Assembly: GCA_963741205.1 (NCBI GenBank) | Contig: CAVUHW010000006.1 | Span: forward strand, 32,001 to 96,000 | From: Nitrospirota bacterium | GTDB lineage: Bacteria > Nitrospirota > UBA9217 | Direction: 5' to 3' | DNA: 64,000 nucleotides | In this document: one piece after another, positions 41,511 to 55,794 of the stretch | How the letters are laid out: every line of letters starts with the position of its first letter | Numbering within the stretch: the first letter of the stretch is position 1 | The notes under the pieces: model-generated | The model's database searches: none | The model's input: the letters and a program-made list of their open reading frames with translations, nothing else | Told to the model about the DNA's origin: nothing | Translations under genes and position numbers: made by a program

Positions 41511-42605
41511 ATGGGTTTTAACTGCGGCATCGTCGGTCTCCCCAACGTGGGCAAGTCCACCATCTTCAATGCCCTGACCTCCGCGGGCGCGCAGGCGTCC
41601 AATTATCCTTTTACTACCATCGACCCGAACGTGGGCGTCGTGGACATGCCGGACGAGCGGCTCGACAAACTTGTCGAGATCTACAAGCCGAAAAAAAGAA
41701 CGCCCACTTCCATGGAGTTCGTGGACATCGCCGGGCTGGTCAAGGGCGCATCCCAAGGCGAAGGACTCGGCAACAAGTTCCTCGCGAACATCCGCGAGGT
41801 GGACGCGATCGCGCATATCGTGCGCTGCTTTGAGGATCCGAATGTGATACACGTTTCAGGCCGGGTCGATCCCAAGGAGGATATCGAGGTGATCGAGGCG
41901 GAGCTTATGCTTGCGGACCTCGACGCCATCGAGAAGCGCCTGTACAAGGCCGAGAAGATGACGAAGACCGGGGATAAAAAAGCCCTGGAAGAAGTGGAGT
42001 TCATGCGGCGGCTCAAGGATATGCTCTCGAAGGGCCAGCCCATCCGCCGCGCGTCCCATTCCGAGGAAGAGACCCTGTGGCTCAAGAGCTACGCCCTGCT
42101 CTCCGCTAAGCCCGTCCTCTATGTAGCGAACGTGGCGGAGGACATGGTGGACAAACCAAACCCGCTCGTAGATGCGGTAAGAAAGATCGCGGCAGAGGAA
42201 GGCGCCATGGTCGTGGTCATCTCGGGGCAGGTCGAGGGCGAGATCGCTCAACTACCGCTTGACGAGCGAAAAGAATATCTTGCGGGCATGGGCTTGAAGG
42301 AGTCCGGTCTCGACCGGATGATCCGAGCGGGCTATGAACTCCTGGGCCTCATCACCTTCCTGACGGCCGGCGAAAAGGAAGTGCGCGCCTGGACCATCAC
42401 CAAGGGCACCAAGGCTCCCCAGGCGGCGGGGAAGATCCACACGGACTTTGAGAAAGGGTTCATCCGCGCAGAGGTGTTCCATTTCGATGACCTGGTGAGG
42501 CTCGGTTCGGAGAAGGCGGTCAAAGAGGCCGGTTTGCTTCGTTCCGAAGGCAAGGATTACGTGGTAAAGGACGGCGATATCATGCTGTTCCGCTTCAACG
42601 TGTAA
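41511..42605 (+). CDS. ychF: Obg-like ATPase YchF
   Basis: GIVGLPNVGKST, NYPFTTIDPN, DIAGLVKGAS.GEGLGNKFL, FRFNV. Confidence 0.97.
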   Translation: MGFNCGIVGLPNVGKSTIFNALTSAGAQASNYPFTTIDPNVGVVDMPDERLDKLVEIYKPKKRTPTSMEFVDIAGLVKGASQGEGLGNKFLANIREVDAIAHIVRCFEDPNVIHVSGRVDPKEDIEVIEAELMLADLDAIEKRLYKAEKMTKTGDKKALEEVEFMRRLKDMLSKGQPIRRASHSEEETLWLKSYALLSAKPVLYVANVAEDMVDKPNPLVDAVRKIAAEEGAMVVVISGQVEGEIAQLPLDERKEYLAGMGLKESGLDRMIRAGYELLGLITFLTAGEKEVRAWTITKGTKAPQAAGKIHTDFEKGFIRAEVFHFDDLVRLGSEKAVKEAGLLRSEGKDYVVKDGDIMLFRFNV

Positions 42606-42751
42606 AACTCGCGATGCGCTCATGCACCCTTTCGGGGAAAAGGTCATGCACTCGCCGGGATGTGGTCGTGCGCGCCTGATACACCGGTGCTGGAGAGAAG
42701 CTTTGACATGTTTTGGCCAGGTGAGTTACAATGAAATAAGAGGAGCAGAAG

Positions 42752-42943
42752 GTGGTTATTCGTTACCCAAAAAAGGCTGATCCAGGCGACCCAGGGAAAG
42801 AGAAAAAAACCGCGGAACGGCAAGGGGGGGCAGAAAGTGACGATGCCTGCAGGTGTAAAGAAACCTCGGTAATGCCTCCCCGTCAGCTTCTCAGGCTCAT
42901 GATAAGCGATCTGGCTTTCTGGAAAAAAGCAAAAAAGGGTTAA
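42752..42943 (+). CDS. Small hypothetical protein (63 aa)
   Basis: TTGACA-N18-TACAAT promoter, RBS GAGGAG, GTG start. Confidence 0.6.
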   Translation: MVIRYPKKADPGDPGKEKKTAERQGGAESDDACRCKETSVMPPRQLLRLMISDLAFWKKAKKG

Positions 42944-43008
42944 TGTGGGATCGCGCTGCGGCTTTTAAACGAGGTGTCGGCGAAGCAGGTTCTGAACGGA
43001 GATAATCG

Positions 43009-43614
43009 ATGGGTTCTAAAGCGGTCTTTCAGCCCCTTACGAGGGAAGATAAGATAACGGTTGTACTCTACCGCGCCGGTATCGTGATATCCGCCATCTT
43101 CATGAGCGGTCTGGCGCTTCTCCTGGTGACGGCATCTTCAAATTCCAGCAAAGCGCTCCTCAGCCGGTCAGCGGATATCCTTGCCTATGGCCTCTATGGC
43201 TCTGTTGGCATGAGCGTATTCTTCATTCATCTATATGTCGGCAAGTTCAAACGATTCCTTATGAACCTGTATTTTATCAGCCTGGGCTGTCTTGCCGTGC
43301 TCGTTTTCATCGGGAAAGGGTCCGTGTCCGCTGCGCTCATGAATACATCATACAGCCCTTTGCTCCTGCTGCCGCTTTCCGGATGTCTGGGGTTCGTGAC
43401 TGCGAAGGAGGCCTTCTGCTTCAAGCTCTTCGAGGGCTACCTCCTTGCCATGATCATGCCGCTCTACCTCCTGCTTGTTTCGAGAAACGTCCTCACCTAT
43501 GCGGGCGTGTCCTATGGCCTGGTCGTGATCGCAGTCATGCTTGCCGTCTTCACGCTGCGAAAAATCACTATGCCCCTCGCCTACGATATCGGTGACAAAA
43601 CCGCCTATAGCTAA
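43009..43614 (+). CDS. Integral membrane protein (DUF2301-like)
   Basis: D...V..YR.G, IHLY, KEAFCF, DIGDK motifs. Confidence 0.8.
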   Translation: MGSKAVFQPLTREDKITVVLYRAGIVISAIFMSGLALLLVTASSNSSKALLSRSADILAYGLYGSVGMSVFFIHLYVGKFKRFLMNLYFISLGCLAVLVFIGKGSVSAALMNTSYSPLLLLPLSGCLGFVTAKEAFCFKLFEGYLLAMIMPLYLLLVSRNVLTYAGVSYGLVVIAVMLAVFTLRKITMPLAYDIGDKTAYS

Positions 43615-43659
43615 AAACCAAAAGAAGAGCGATTGGACGCGAAGGCAGCACAGGGTCGC

Positions 43660-43997
43660 GTGGCGATCGGCGCGACCTTGAGGTTCGCTTTTTTCTTCAG
43701 GATGTTGACGCCGTAGAGGGTGGGAAAAATCTAAGCTTCGATTCCCATGCTTCGGGCTCCCGTGGCGAGAAGGAGCGGAGGGTAGGCCATGTCAAGGGTC
43801 CCCTTGGAGGCGATGATCGTGCAGCGGTTTTTGTTCGCCTTGAGCTCTACCTCATGGACCTTGGTGTCGACGGCCTTGATCTTTTTATTGAGGGAATTGC
43901 ACACCTGCCGCGACGCTTCAATGATCCGCTGGTCGATGTACTTGTTCAGATGCGCCTTGAGTTTCGGGTCAAGTTTCTTGTCTGTCTCGACGGCCAT
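43660..43997 (-). pseudogene. DsrE2-like sulfurtransferase/peroxiredoxin remnant with in-frame TAG
   Basis: TIIASKGTLDMAYPPLLLA...MGIEA*IFPTLYGVNILKKKANLKVAPIA, after which similarity ends. Confidence 0.7.
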
Positions 43998-43998
43998 C

Positions 43999-45102
43999 TT
44001 ATCCTCCCATGCCGGTTAATTCCTCCATGAGGGACTTGACGGGAATAATTTTATCCACGCGGGACGCGTTTGTGCCCACGGTGAAGAGCGCTTCTTCCTC
44101 GACCGGATTGTATCCCGCCGAACTCAGCAGGCCGTTACAGATGCAGAAATAATCCTTGTTGTCTTCCTTAGCGGGACAGACCGTGAATTTCCCCTCTGTG
44201 TCCTTCATGAGAACGTAGCCTTTGTCGCATTTGGGTTTCCGCAGCCGCTGCAGCGATGACACGTACATGGGCGACTGCTTTATGACCCGAAACGGCAAAC
44301 CGCAGGGGGATCCCGGACGATGCGCCACCACGATATCATGTTCCTTCGCTTGGATAACGGCGTCCTTGTATGCCGCGGAGGCGCTGCTTTCCTCCGTGGC
44401 GAGGAAGCGGGTCCCCATCTGGACGCCATCGGCCCCCTTGCTCATAAACTGCTGTATATCGCGATGCGTGTAGATCCCACCGGCGACGATGACGGGAAAG
44501 TCGCCGAATTTCATTGCCGTTTCTTTTACCGAGGGAAACAAGTTCTCAAGCTTGTTGGACTCCAGAGCGACCTGGTCTATCCTGAAACCCAAGTGACCAC
44601 CCGCGAGAGGCCCCTCAAGCACAACAGCATCGGGCCGGTAGCCCAACTTTTCCCATTTTTTACAAATAATATCGAGAGCGCGTGCCGATGAAACAATAGG
44701 AATCAGGGCCGTGTCCTTGGGTGGCTGAATGGCAGGCAGATTCAACGGCAAGCCGGCGCCGGAGATGATGGCGTCTGCGCCGGCATCGAGAGCCCCTTTG
44801 ACCGAATCGTTAAAGTCCCTCGCAAGGGCTCCCATGATATTGATCCCAATGAAACCGCCCGGTGTCTTCGAGAGGGAAATCTCCTCGTAGGCGGCCTCAT
44901 AGGTATTCACTTTTTTGCTTCCTCTCTTGGATACGAGCCGGTCAAGACACGCGCTTGATACGATGCCGAGGCCGCCTTCACGAGCTACCGCTTTCGCCAG
45001 GGGGTGGAGTGACACGCCGACACCCATCCCGCCTTGGATAATAGGTACTTTTATATGCTTGCCTTTGATGATAAGTGGTTTTAATACTGAATCAGGTTTC
45101 AA
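43999..45102 (-). CDS. Nitronate monooxygenase / FabK-FabX-like flavoprotein with C-terminal Cys cluster
   Basis: PIIQGGMGVGVS, ISGAGLP, EGPLAGGHLG, GVQMGTRF, CICNGL; TTG start inferred. Confidence 0.88.
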   Translation of the reverse strand: MKPDSVLKPLIIKGKHIKVPIIQGGMGVGVSLHPLAKAVAREGGLGIVSSACLDRLVSKRGSKKVNTYEAAYEEISLSKTPGGFIGINIMGALARDFNDSVKGALDAGADAIISGAGLPLNLPAIQPPKDTALIPIVSSARALDIICKKWEKLGYRPDAVVLEGPLAGGHLGFRIDQVALESNKLENLFPSVKETAMKFGDFPVIVAGGIYTHRDIQQFMSKGADGVQMGTRFLATEESSASAAYKDAVIQAKEHDIVVAHRPGSPCGLPFRVIKQSPMYVSSLQRLRKPKCDKGYVLMKDTEGKFTVCPAKEDNKDYFCICNGLLSSAGYNPVEEEALFTVGTNASRVDKIIPVKSLMEELTGMGG

Positions 45103-45358
45103 ATCGCCCCCTTGAAATTCAAACTCCCACGAGAAGGTAGGAATGTGTATCGTAGTAATTCTGCATGCAACTTTTTTGAATAGAGCGGAATAGAGCGGGA
45201 AGTCCGTTCCGTTAGGCCCGTTAGACAAGAGCAAAAAAGTTTAAGTATTATACCATATTGAAAAACCATATACAACCAGAAGTTAGCTCTTTTGCCATGA
45301 CAGGGGGCCAAACCGGAGGTTGACAATTCTGCCCCACTGTGCGATTATCCCTCCGCGT

Positions 45359-46288
45359 ATGAGGATTGTTCGCGGCCTAAAAAATTTCACCGAGCGGCTT
45401 CCGAGCCCGGTGCTTACCCTCGGAAATTTCGATGGAGTACACTTGGGGCACCAGGCAATTTTCCGGAAGGTCGTGGCGCGCGCCCGGGAGCTTGGCGGTA
45501 CGAGTATCGCCTTTACGTTCGAACCGCATCCCCTCAAAGTGCTCGCTCCCGAGCGTTCACCGAAACTGCTCAACACCTTCCACGGGAAAATGAAACTCCT
45601 TTCGACGGCCGGAATTGAGGTGGTCATCTGCGCCAATTTTACCCGTGCCTTTGCCGATCAGAATCCCGAGGATTTCGCGCGAGAGGTCCTTCATGAGAAG
45701 ATAGGGGTAAGAGAGGTATATGTCGGATACGATTACGCCTTTGGCAAAGACCGGGAGGGGAGCATCGACTCCCTGAAGCGCATGGGCAGGACCTACGGGT
45801 TTACCGTGGGTGTCGTTGAAGCGGTCCGGGTAAATGGCGTCGTGGTCAGCAGTTCCTCGATCCGGGATCTGATCGCAAGCGGCAAGATAGAGGATGCGGC
45901 CGTACTCCTCGGCAGGCACTATATGATCGAAGGGGATGTAGTGCATGGTGCACGGCGGGGGCAGCAGCTCGGGTATCCGACGGCCAACCTGAAAACGACG
46001 AACGAACTCATTCCCGGCTATGGCGTATATGCGGTGCTCGCCTCCATAGACGGCCGCGCCTACAAAGGAGTGGCATCGATCGGCGTCCGGCCGACCTTTG
46101 ATGCTGGCCCTGTGTCCGTGGAAGTGTATCTGTTTAATTTTCAAGGGGACCTTTACGGCAAGCAGATGGATGTTTCATTTATTAAGCATCTTCGCGGCGA
46201 AGAAAAATTTCCCGATGCGGATGCGCTGGTGCGGCAGATCCGGAAGGACGTCGAGGACGCCAAACATGCCCTTGAACATGCCGTATGA
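45359..46288 (+). CDS. ribF: Bifunctional riboflavin kinase / FAD synthetase
   Basis: GNFDGVHLGHQ, TFEPHP, VSSSSIR, GYPTAN, GVRPTF. Confidence 0.96.
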   Translation: MRIVRGLKNFTERLPSPVLTLGNFDGVHLGHQAIFRKVVARARELGGTSIAFTFEPHPLKVLAPERSPKLLNTFHGKMKLLSTAGIEVVICANFTRAFADQNPEDFAREVLHEKIGVREVYVGYDYAFGKDREGSIDSLKRMGRTYGFTVGVVEAVRVNGVVVSSSSIRDLIASGKIEDAAVLLGRHYMIEGDVVHGARRGQQLGYPTANLKTTNELIPGYGVYAVLASIDGRAYKGVASIGVRPTFDAGPVSVEVYLFNFQGDLYGKQMDVSFIKHLRGEEKFPDADALVRQIRKDVEDAKHALEHAV

Positions 46289-46412
46289 CCCTGCGGAAGC
46301 CGCAGATGAGGGGCATGCTAAAGTGATGCTGTTTCCGAAATGTGCCGGGACAGGGGCAGCGCCCGTGGCGCGATAGATTGTCACCATCTTGCGCGGAAGG
46401 GGGTGAGGAAGA

Positions 46413-46490
46413 ATGGCGTGCGGTTCAAAGTGCGGAGCGAAAAAGTCGGCCAAGAAAACGACGGCAACAAAAAAAACGACGAAGAAATAA
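46413..46490 (+). CDS. 25-aa peptide MACGSKCGAKKSAKKTTATKKTTKK (below ORF-track cutoff)
   Basis: Strong RBS GGGGGTGA, ATG...TAA, downstream hairpin at 46513-46534. Confidence 0.7.
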   Translation: MACGSKCGAKKSAKKTTATKKTTKK

Positions 46491-46789
46491 TATCCAAGAA
46501 ACACGTCCGGAAAGGCGGGCGAACCAGCCCGCCTCATTTCCCGCATACATCTTACCTCAGGCTCACCGTCGCGGTCCCCCAATGCCGGTCATGCAACCGT
46601 TCCGGCAGCGTTCTTTCAATATTGAATTGACTTTTTTACCGGCCTGTGATAGATACACCATTCTGCGAACGTTTAGGGAGCGTCGGTAAAGACTTGTGTT
46701 ATCATTCTCTTGCACCAGCAAGTCCGGGGGCCGGAGAGGCCGTTCGAAGGGTTATCACCGAAGTACGGCAAGGGAATACTAAAAGGAAT

Positions 46790-48008
46790 ATGCTTACAGC
46801 AAAAGAACAACTTGAAATCATAAAACGCGGAGCGGTCGAAATCATCGTCGAAGAGGACCTCCTGAAGAAACTGGAGAAGTCCGTTTCGAAGAAGATGCCG
46901 CTTCGGATCAAGGCAGGTTTCGATCCCACGGCTCCAGACATTCATCTTGGTCATACAGTGCTTTTAAACAAGATGCACCAATTTCAGGAACTGGGGCACG
47001 AGGTAATTTTTTTGATCGGCGATTTTACCGGAATGATCGGTGATCCTACCGGCAAGTCGGAGACAAGGAAGCACCTTACCCGGGAAGAAGTGTTGGAGAA
47101 CGCGAAGACCTACCAAGTGCAGATCTATAAGATTTTAGATCCCACGAAAACCAGAATCGTCTTCAACAGCGAATGGATGTCAAAGATGACGGCCGTTGAT
47201 CTCATCCAACTGGCCGCCAAACACACGGTGGCCCGGATGCTCGAGCGCGAGGATTTCAGAAAGCGCTATGAGGCTCAGCTGCCGATCAGCATTCACGAAT
47301 TTCTATATCCCCTTATTCAGGGGTATGATTCCGTAATGCTCAAGGCCGACGTAGAATTGGGGGGGACGGACCAAAAGTTCAATCTTCTGGTCGGCCGGGA
47401 ACTCCAGAAGGAGTATGGCCAGGAGCCGCAGTCTATCGTTATGATGCCTCTTCTCGAAGGCCTGGACGGCGTGAACAAGATGAGCAAGAGCCTGGGGAAT
47501 TATATTGGAATTAACGATCCCGCGAAAGAGATCTTCGGCAAGGTGATGTCGATCAGCGATGACTTGATGTTCAGGTATTATGAACTAGTGAGCGCAGTAT
47601 CGCTCGGAGACCTGGAAAAGATGAAGACCGATATGAAATCGGGCGTCCTTCATCCCATGGAGATTAAGAAGAGGCTCGCCGCTGAGCTGGTGGATCGGTT
47701 CAGCGGAGCATGGCGAAGGTGCGAAGGCCCGTGAGGAATTCGAAAAAGTATTCAGCAGCCGTCTTCTCCCTGATGCAATCCCGGTTGCCAAGATCGCCTG
47801 GGAAGGGGAAAAGATGAAGCTCGTGAGGATCATGGCCCTGGCCGGGGTGGCGAAGAGTAATTCCGACGCGCGGCGACTGATCCAGCAGGGTGCGGTTGAG
47901 GTGGACCAACAGGCCGTGAGGGATGTGGACGCAGAACTACCCGCTTCCCGAAGCCATATTCTTCGAGTGGGAAAGAAGAGGTTTGTACAGGTTCTCGCTA
48001 AAAATTAA
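46790..48008 (+). CDS. tyrS: Tyrosine-tRNA ligase; frameshift near 47700
   Basis: [26 protein letters not shown]; S4 domain [10 protein letters not shown]...RVGKKRF. Confidence 0.96.
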
Positions 48009-48033
48009 AAAAGTACTGCCTGCGAAAAAAGTC

Positions 48034-48194
48034 TTGACAGGCGAAACGGATTCTGATAAATTGCGCCTTCGTTCGGTGGTAAACCTCGGGCAAAACCTCG
48101 AAGTTCTATAATGCCTATCGAGCTTTACGAGTAGTAAATAATTTTAATAAGACTAAATAAATTTCTTGACAAATCTGGTAGAATTAATTATAGT
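48034..48194 (+). promoter_or_regulatory. Tandem rRNA promoters P1/P2
   Basis: TTGACA-N17-TAAATT (48034-48062) and TTGACA-N17-TATAGT (48166-48194) with AT-rich UP region; boxA-like tggtctttgaaaa at ~48215. Confidence 0.85.
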
Positions 48195-48338
48195 TCATAT
48201 TCTGCGAAGCAACATGGTCTTTGAAAACTAAATAGGTGCATTAAGTTCCAAGGTGCTTTGTAAGACTTTGGAACGGCGGGTTGTAAGAAGTACACTAGTC
48301 AAATTACTTTTGAGCAGCATTGCTTAAAGGATCAGATT

Positions 48339-49907
<1,569 letters not shown>

Positions 49908-49983
49908 GCTTTGAGATCTTCGGATCTCACATTCCTAGGTCGTTCCGCCAGCACCTATTTAGTTTTGAAGGACCATGAGTAAG

Positions 49984-50032
49984 AAATCCGAATCCCTAAA
50001 TTCGAATTTCGAAATTAGGGATTTAGAATTTT
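49984..50032. repeat. Periodic palindrome in ITS upstream of tRNA-Ile
   Basis: aaatccgaatccctaaattcgaa-t-ttcgaaattagggatttagaattt. Confidence 0.75.
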
Positions 50033-50102
50033 AAGTTGCTCAGGGCTATAGGCATGGGCTCGGAGCTTTACCCCCGGGAAAAGTCCTGAGCCGAAACGAA
50101 AC

Positions 50103-50179
<77 letters not shown>

Positions 50180-50184
50180 TATCA

Positions 50185-50249
50185 ATTGCGGATTTCAGAT
50201 TTCGGATTTCGGATTTTCATTCCGCAACCCGCAATTGCCAATCCGAAAT
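50185..50249. repeat. Inverted 7-mer arrays (cggattt / aatccg) between tRNAs
   Basis: attg cggattt cagattt cggattt cggattt ... attccgc aacccgc aattgcc aatccga aat. Confidence 0.8.
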
Positions 50250-50256
50250 ACTTATC

Positions 50257-50332
50257 GGGGCTGTAGCTCAGCTGGGAGAGCACCTGCTTTGCAAGCAGGG
50301 GGTCAGCGGTTCGATCCCGCTCAGCTCCACCA
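50257..50332 (+). tRNA. tRNA-Ala (UGC)
   Basis: ggggctgtagctcag...ttTGCaa...agctccacca. Confidence 0.98.
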
Positions 50333-50335
50333 AAT

Positions 50336-50396
50336 AATTCAAAATTTAAAATTCAACATTCAAGCAGATTGAGTATTGAATTTTAAATTTTGATTT
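50336..50396. repeat. Inverted 7-mer arrays (aattcaa / ttgaatt) after tRNA-Ala
   Basis: aattcaa aatttaa aattcaa cattcaa gcaga ttgagta ttgaatt ttaaatt ttgattt. Confidence 0.8.
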
Positions 50397-50503
50397 CCTG
50401 AGCCGAAAGCTCAGGATTGTTCTTTGACAACTGAATAAGCAAGATACAAGAGAAGCTGAGGCGAAAATCAAGAAACGCCGAATCTGCCAGAGGCAGGTTC
50501 GGT

Positions 50504-53503
<3,000 letters not shown>

Positions 53504-53596
53504 ACTATTATTATTACCACTGAATCTGCTTCTGACAGATTCGGCTTTTCTAGGTATTCTTGCTTATTCGTTGTCATTGATTATTGTCACAGGCTT

Positions 53597-53713
<117 letters not shown>

Positions 53714-53721
53714 TATATTAC

Positions 53722-53760
53722 AAAAGCCCATCATGCATTGCATGATGGGCTTTTTCTTTT
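53722..53760 (+). terminator. rRNA operon terminator
   Basis: aaaagcccatcatgca-t-tgcatgatgggctttttcttt. Confidence 0.92.
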
Positions 53761-53902
53761 ACGCTGCTTTTGAAGCAGCGCTGAAGTCCACCGGGCATTC
53801 CACCCTGAGTGTCCGCTCCAGAATTAGTCTGTCCATCGGCACTGAACAGCTATAGATCAGTTCATCGCCTGCCGAGGTCGAGGAACACCTGCCGGTCATT
53901 AG

Positions 53903-54055
53903 GAACTCATTACTCAGGCCTCGTCTGTCGGCACCGCTATCATCAGTAGGGTCGAAGTGGCGGCGGCCTTAGCAAAGGCCGTGCGAATGAAGCTTTTGAC
54001 TCGAAATGATGCCGCTTCCTCTCTCCAGGTCTTCGACGAGTTGGAAAAAAGATGA
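53903..54055 (+). pseudogene. Fragment of PIN-domain (VapC-like) toxin
   Basis: ELITQASSVGTAIISRVEVAAALAKAVRMKLLTRNDAASSLQVF with no start codon or N-terminal Asp motif. Confidence 0.5.
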
Positions 54056-54475
54056 ACGAGGGGAAAAGTAAATCTATCAAAGCTCTCAAGAGGATCCAGC
54101 AAAAAAACGCCGCGCCCCTTAGCTGCGCGTTCTGTGTACTACAAACAGAATTTGTTAGATTTTACTCGAGAGCGGTCTGCGACCTTGCAGGTGTAAGTGA
54201 CGAAATACGATGCAGTAGCTGCAAGGAAAATTCTCCGGATTCACTGGCAGGAATATATCGGAACAGCCGGAAAGAATTAATCGGAAGGCCAGCAGATATT
54301 CTTCGGAATCTGCATATATCGACTGATTTGCAAAACCGCCCCCTCCCTTTTTCTTATCGTATGAAAGCATTTTGACAATTTCCCAATTCTCGCTCAATTG
54401 TGGTTGAATTGTGATTTTTTTTCTGCTACAGTAATTGCGGCTCTTGCTTATACTAGCACACAAAGGAGGCAGGAA

Positions 54476-55743
54476 ATGAAAAGATTATTCATGGCAATGG
54501 CTCTGGTGGGTAGTCTGGCAGCTCAGGCATTTGCGGGAGACACGATCAAGATCGCACTGACCGGACCGTATTCCGGCGGTTCGGCGCCCATGGGCACGTC
54601 CGCGCGCGACGGCTCGAAGCTGGCCATCGCCGAGATCAATGCCGCCGGCGGCGTGCAGGTGGGCGACAAGAAGATGAAGTTCGAGGTGATCGAGCGGGAC
54701 GACGAGGCGAAGAACGAGCGGGGCGCCCTGATCGCGCAGGAGCTCGCGTCCATGACCGATCTTTCCGGCATCATCGGCACGGTGAACACCGGCGTGGCGA
54801 TGGCCGGGGACAAGCACATCATGGAAAAGGGCATCACCAAGATCATCTGCCCGGCCGCGGGCTCCATGTCCATGATGCAGTGGGCCGACAGGCCCGCGAC
54901 CGCGGACAAGCCGGCCTTTGCCGGTCCCAAGGACCTCTCGATCTTCCGGTTCGCCGCCCACGACGGCATCCAGTCCGCCATGGTGGTCGAGGAGGCGATC
55001 AACCGCAAGTACACCAAGGTGGCGGTCCTCTTCGACTCCACAAACTACGGCGTCTCGGGCCGCGACGACATGCTGAACCAGATCAAGACGCAGGGGAACA
55101 AGCTCGAGGTCGTGGCGCTCGAGAAGTACAACATCGGCGACAAGGACATGACCGCCCAGCTTGTAAAGGCCAAATCGACCGGCGCCCAGGCCATCCTGAT
55201 CTGGGGCATCGGACCGGAGCTGGCGGCCGTGGCGAACGGCATGGCCAAGCTCGGCATGAAGGAGCCGCTCATCGGCGGCTGGACGCTCTCCATGTCGAAC
55301 TACATCGATAACGCGGGAGCGAACGGCAACGGCACGCTGATGCCGCAGACCTTCATCGAAGAGCCGATCACGCCGCGGGCCAAGGCATTCATCGAAGCCT
55401 ACCACAAGGCCTACAACGTGACGCGCATCCCGTCGCCGGTCGTCGGCGGCCCAGGGCTATGACGCGGTGCTCATCTTCGCCGCTGCAGTGAAGCAGGCAA
55501 AGAGCACGGACACGAAGCTCGATCAAGCTCGCGCTTGAGGACCTGAAGGAGCCGGTCCAGGGCGTCATCGCCCTGTGGCAGAAGCCATACAGCAAGTGGG
55601 ATCCCGCGAACGTGGACACCCACGAGGCCTTCCGCCGCGCCCAGGTCGTGATGGGCATGGTGAAGGACGGCCGTGTCGTCTTCGGCAACGAAGCTGACCG
55701 CCAGCGCCTCACCAAGGGTGCGACCGCGCCGAAAGGGAAGTAA
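54476..55743 (+). CDS. Branched-chain amino acid-type ABC substrate-binding protein (LivJ/K-like); frameshifts near 55440 and 55520
   Basis: Signal peptide, IKIALTGPYSG, RDDEAK, DKDMTAQL; C-terminus in shifted frames. Confidence 0.88.
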
Positions 55744-55794
55744 GGTGGCCGACGGCTCTTACCAACATCATTGCCCTCTCTGGCGGGGCGCAGT

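Noticed and set aside
43731-43733. Pyrrolysine read-through of the TAG in the DsrE2-like gene
   Set aside because: Downstream motif is degraded and truncated, and there are no pyl genes in view; pseudogene is simpler.
46620-46790. Possible T-box leader upstream of tyrS
   Set aside because: No T-box consensus (GGTGG.ACC) or terminator/antiterminator seen.
47690-47730. Programmed frameshifting in tyrS, ispE or hisC
   Set aside because: No slippery heptamer or stimulatory structure noticed; consistent with the window-wide indel error pattern.
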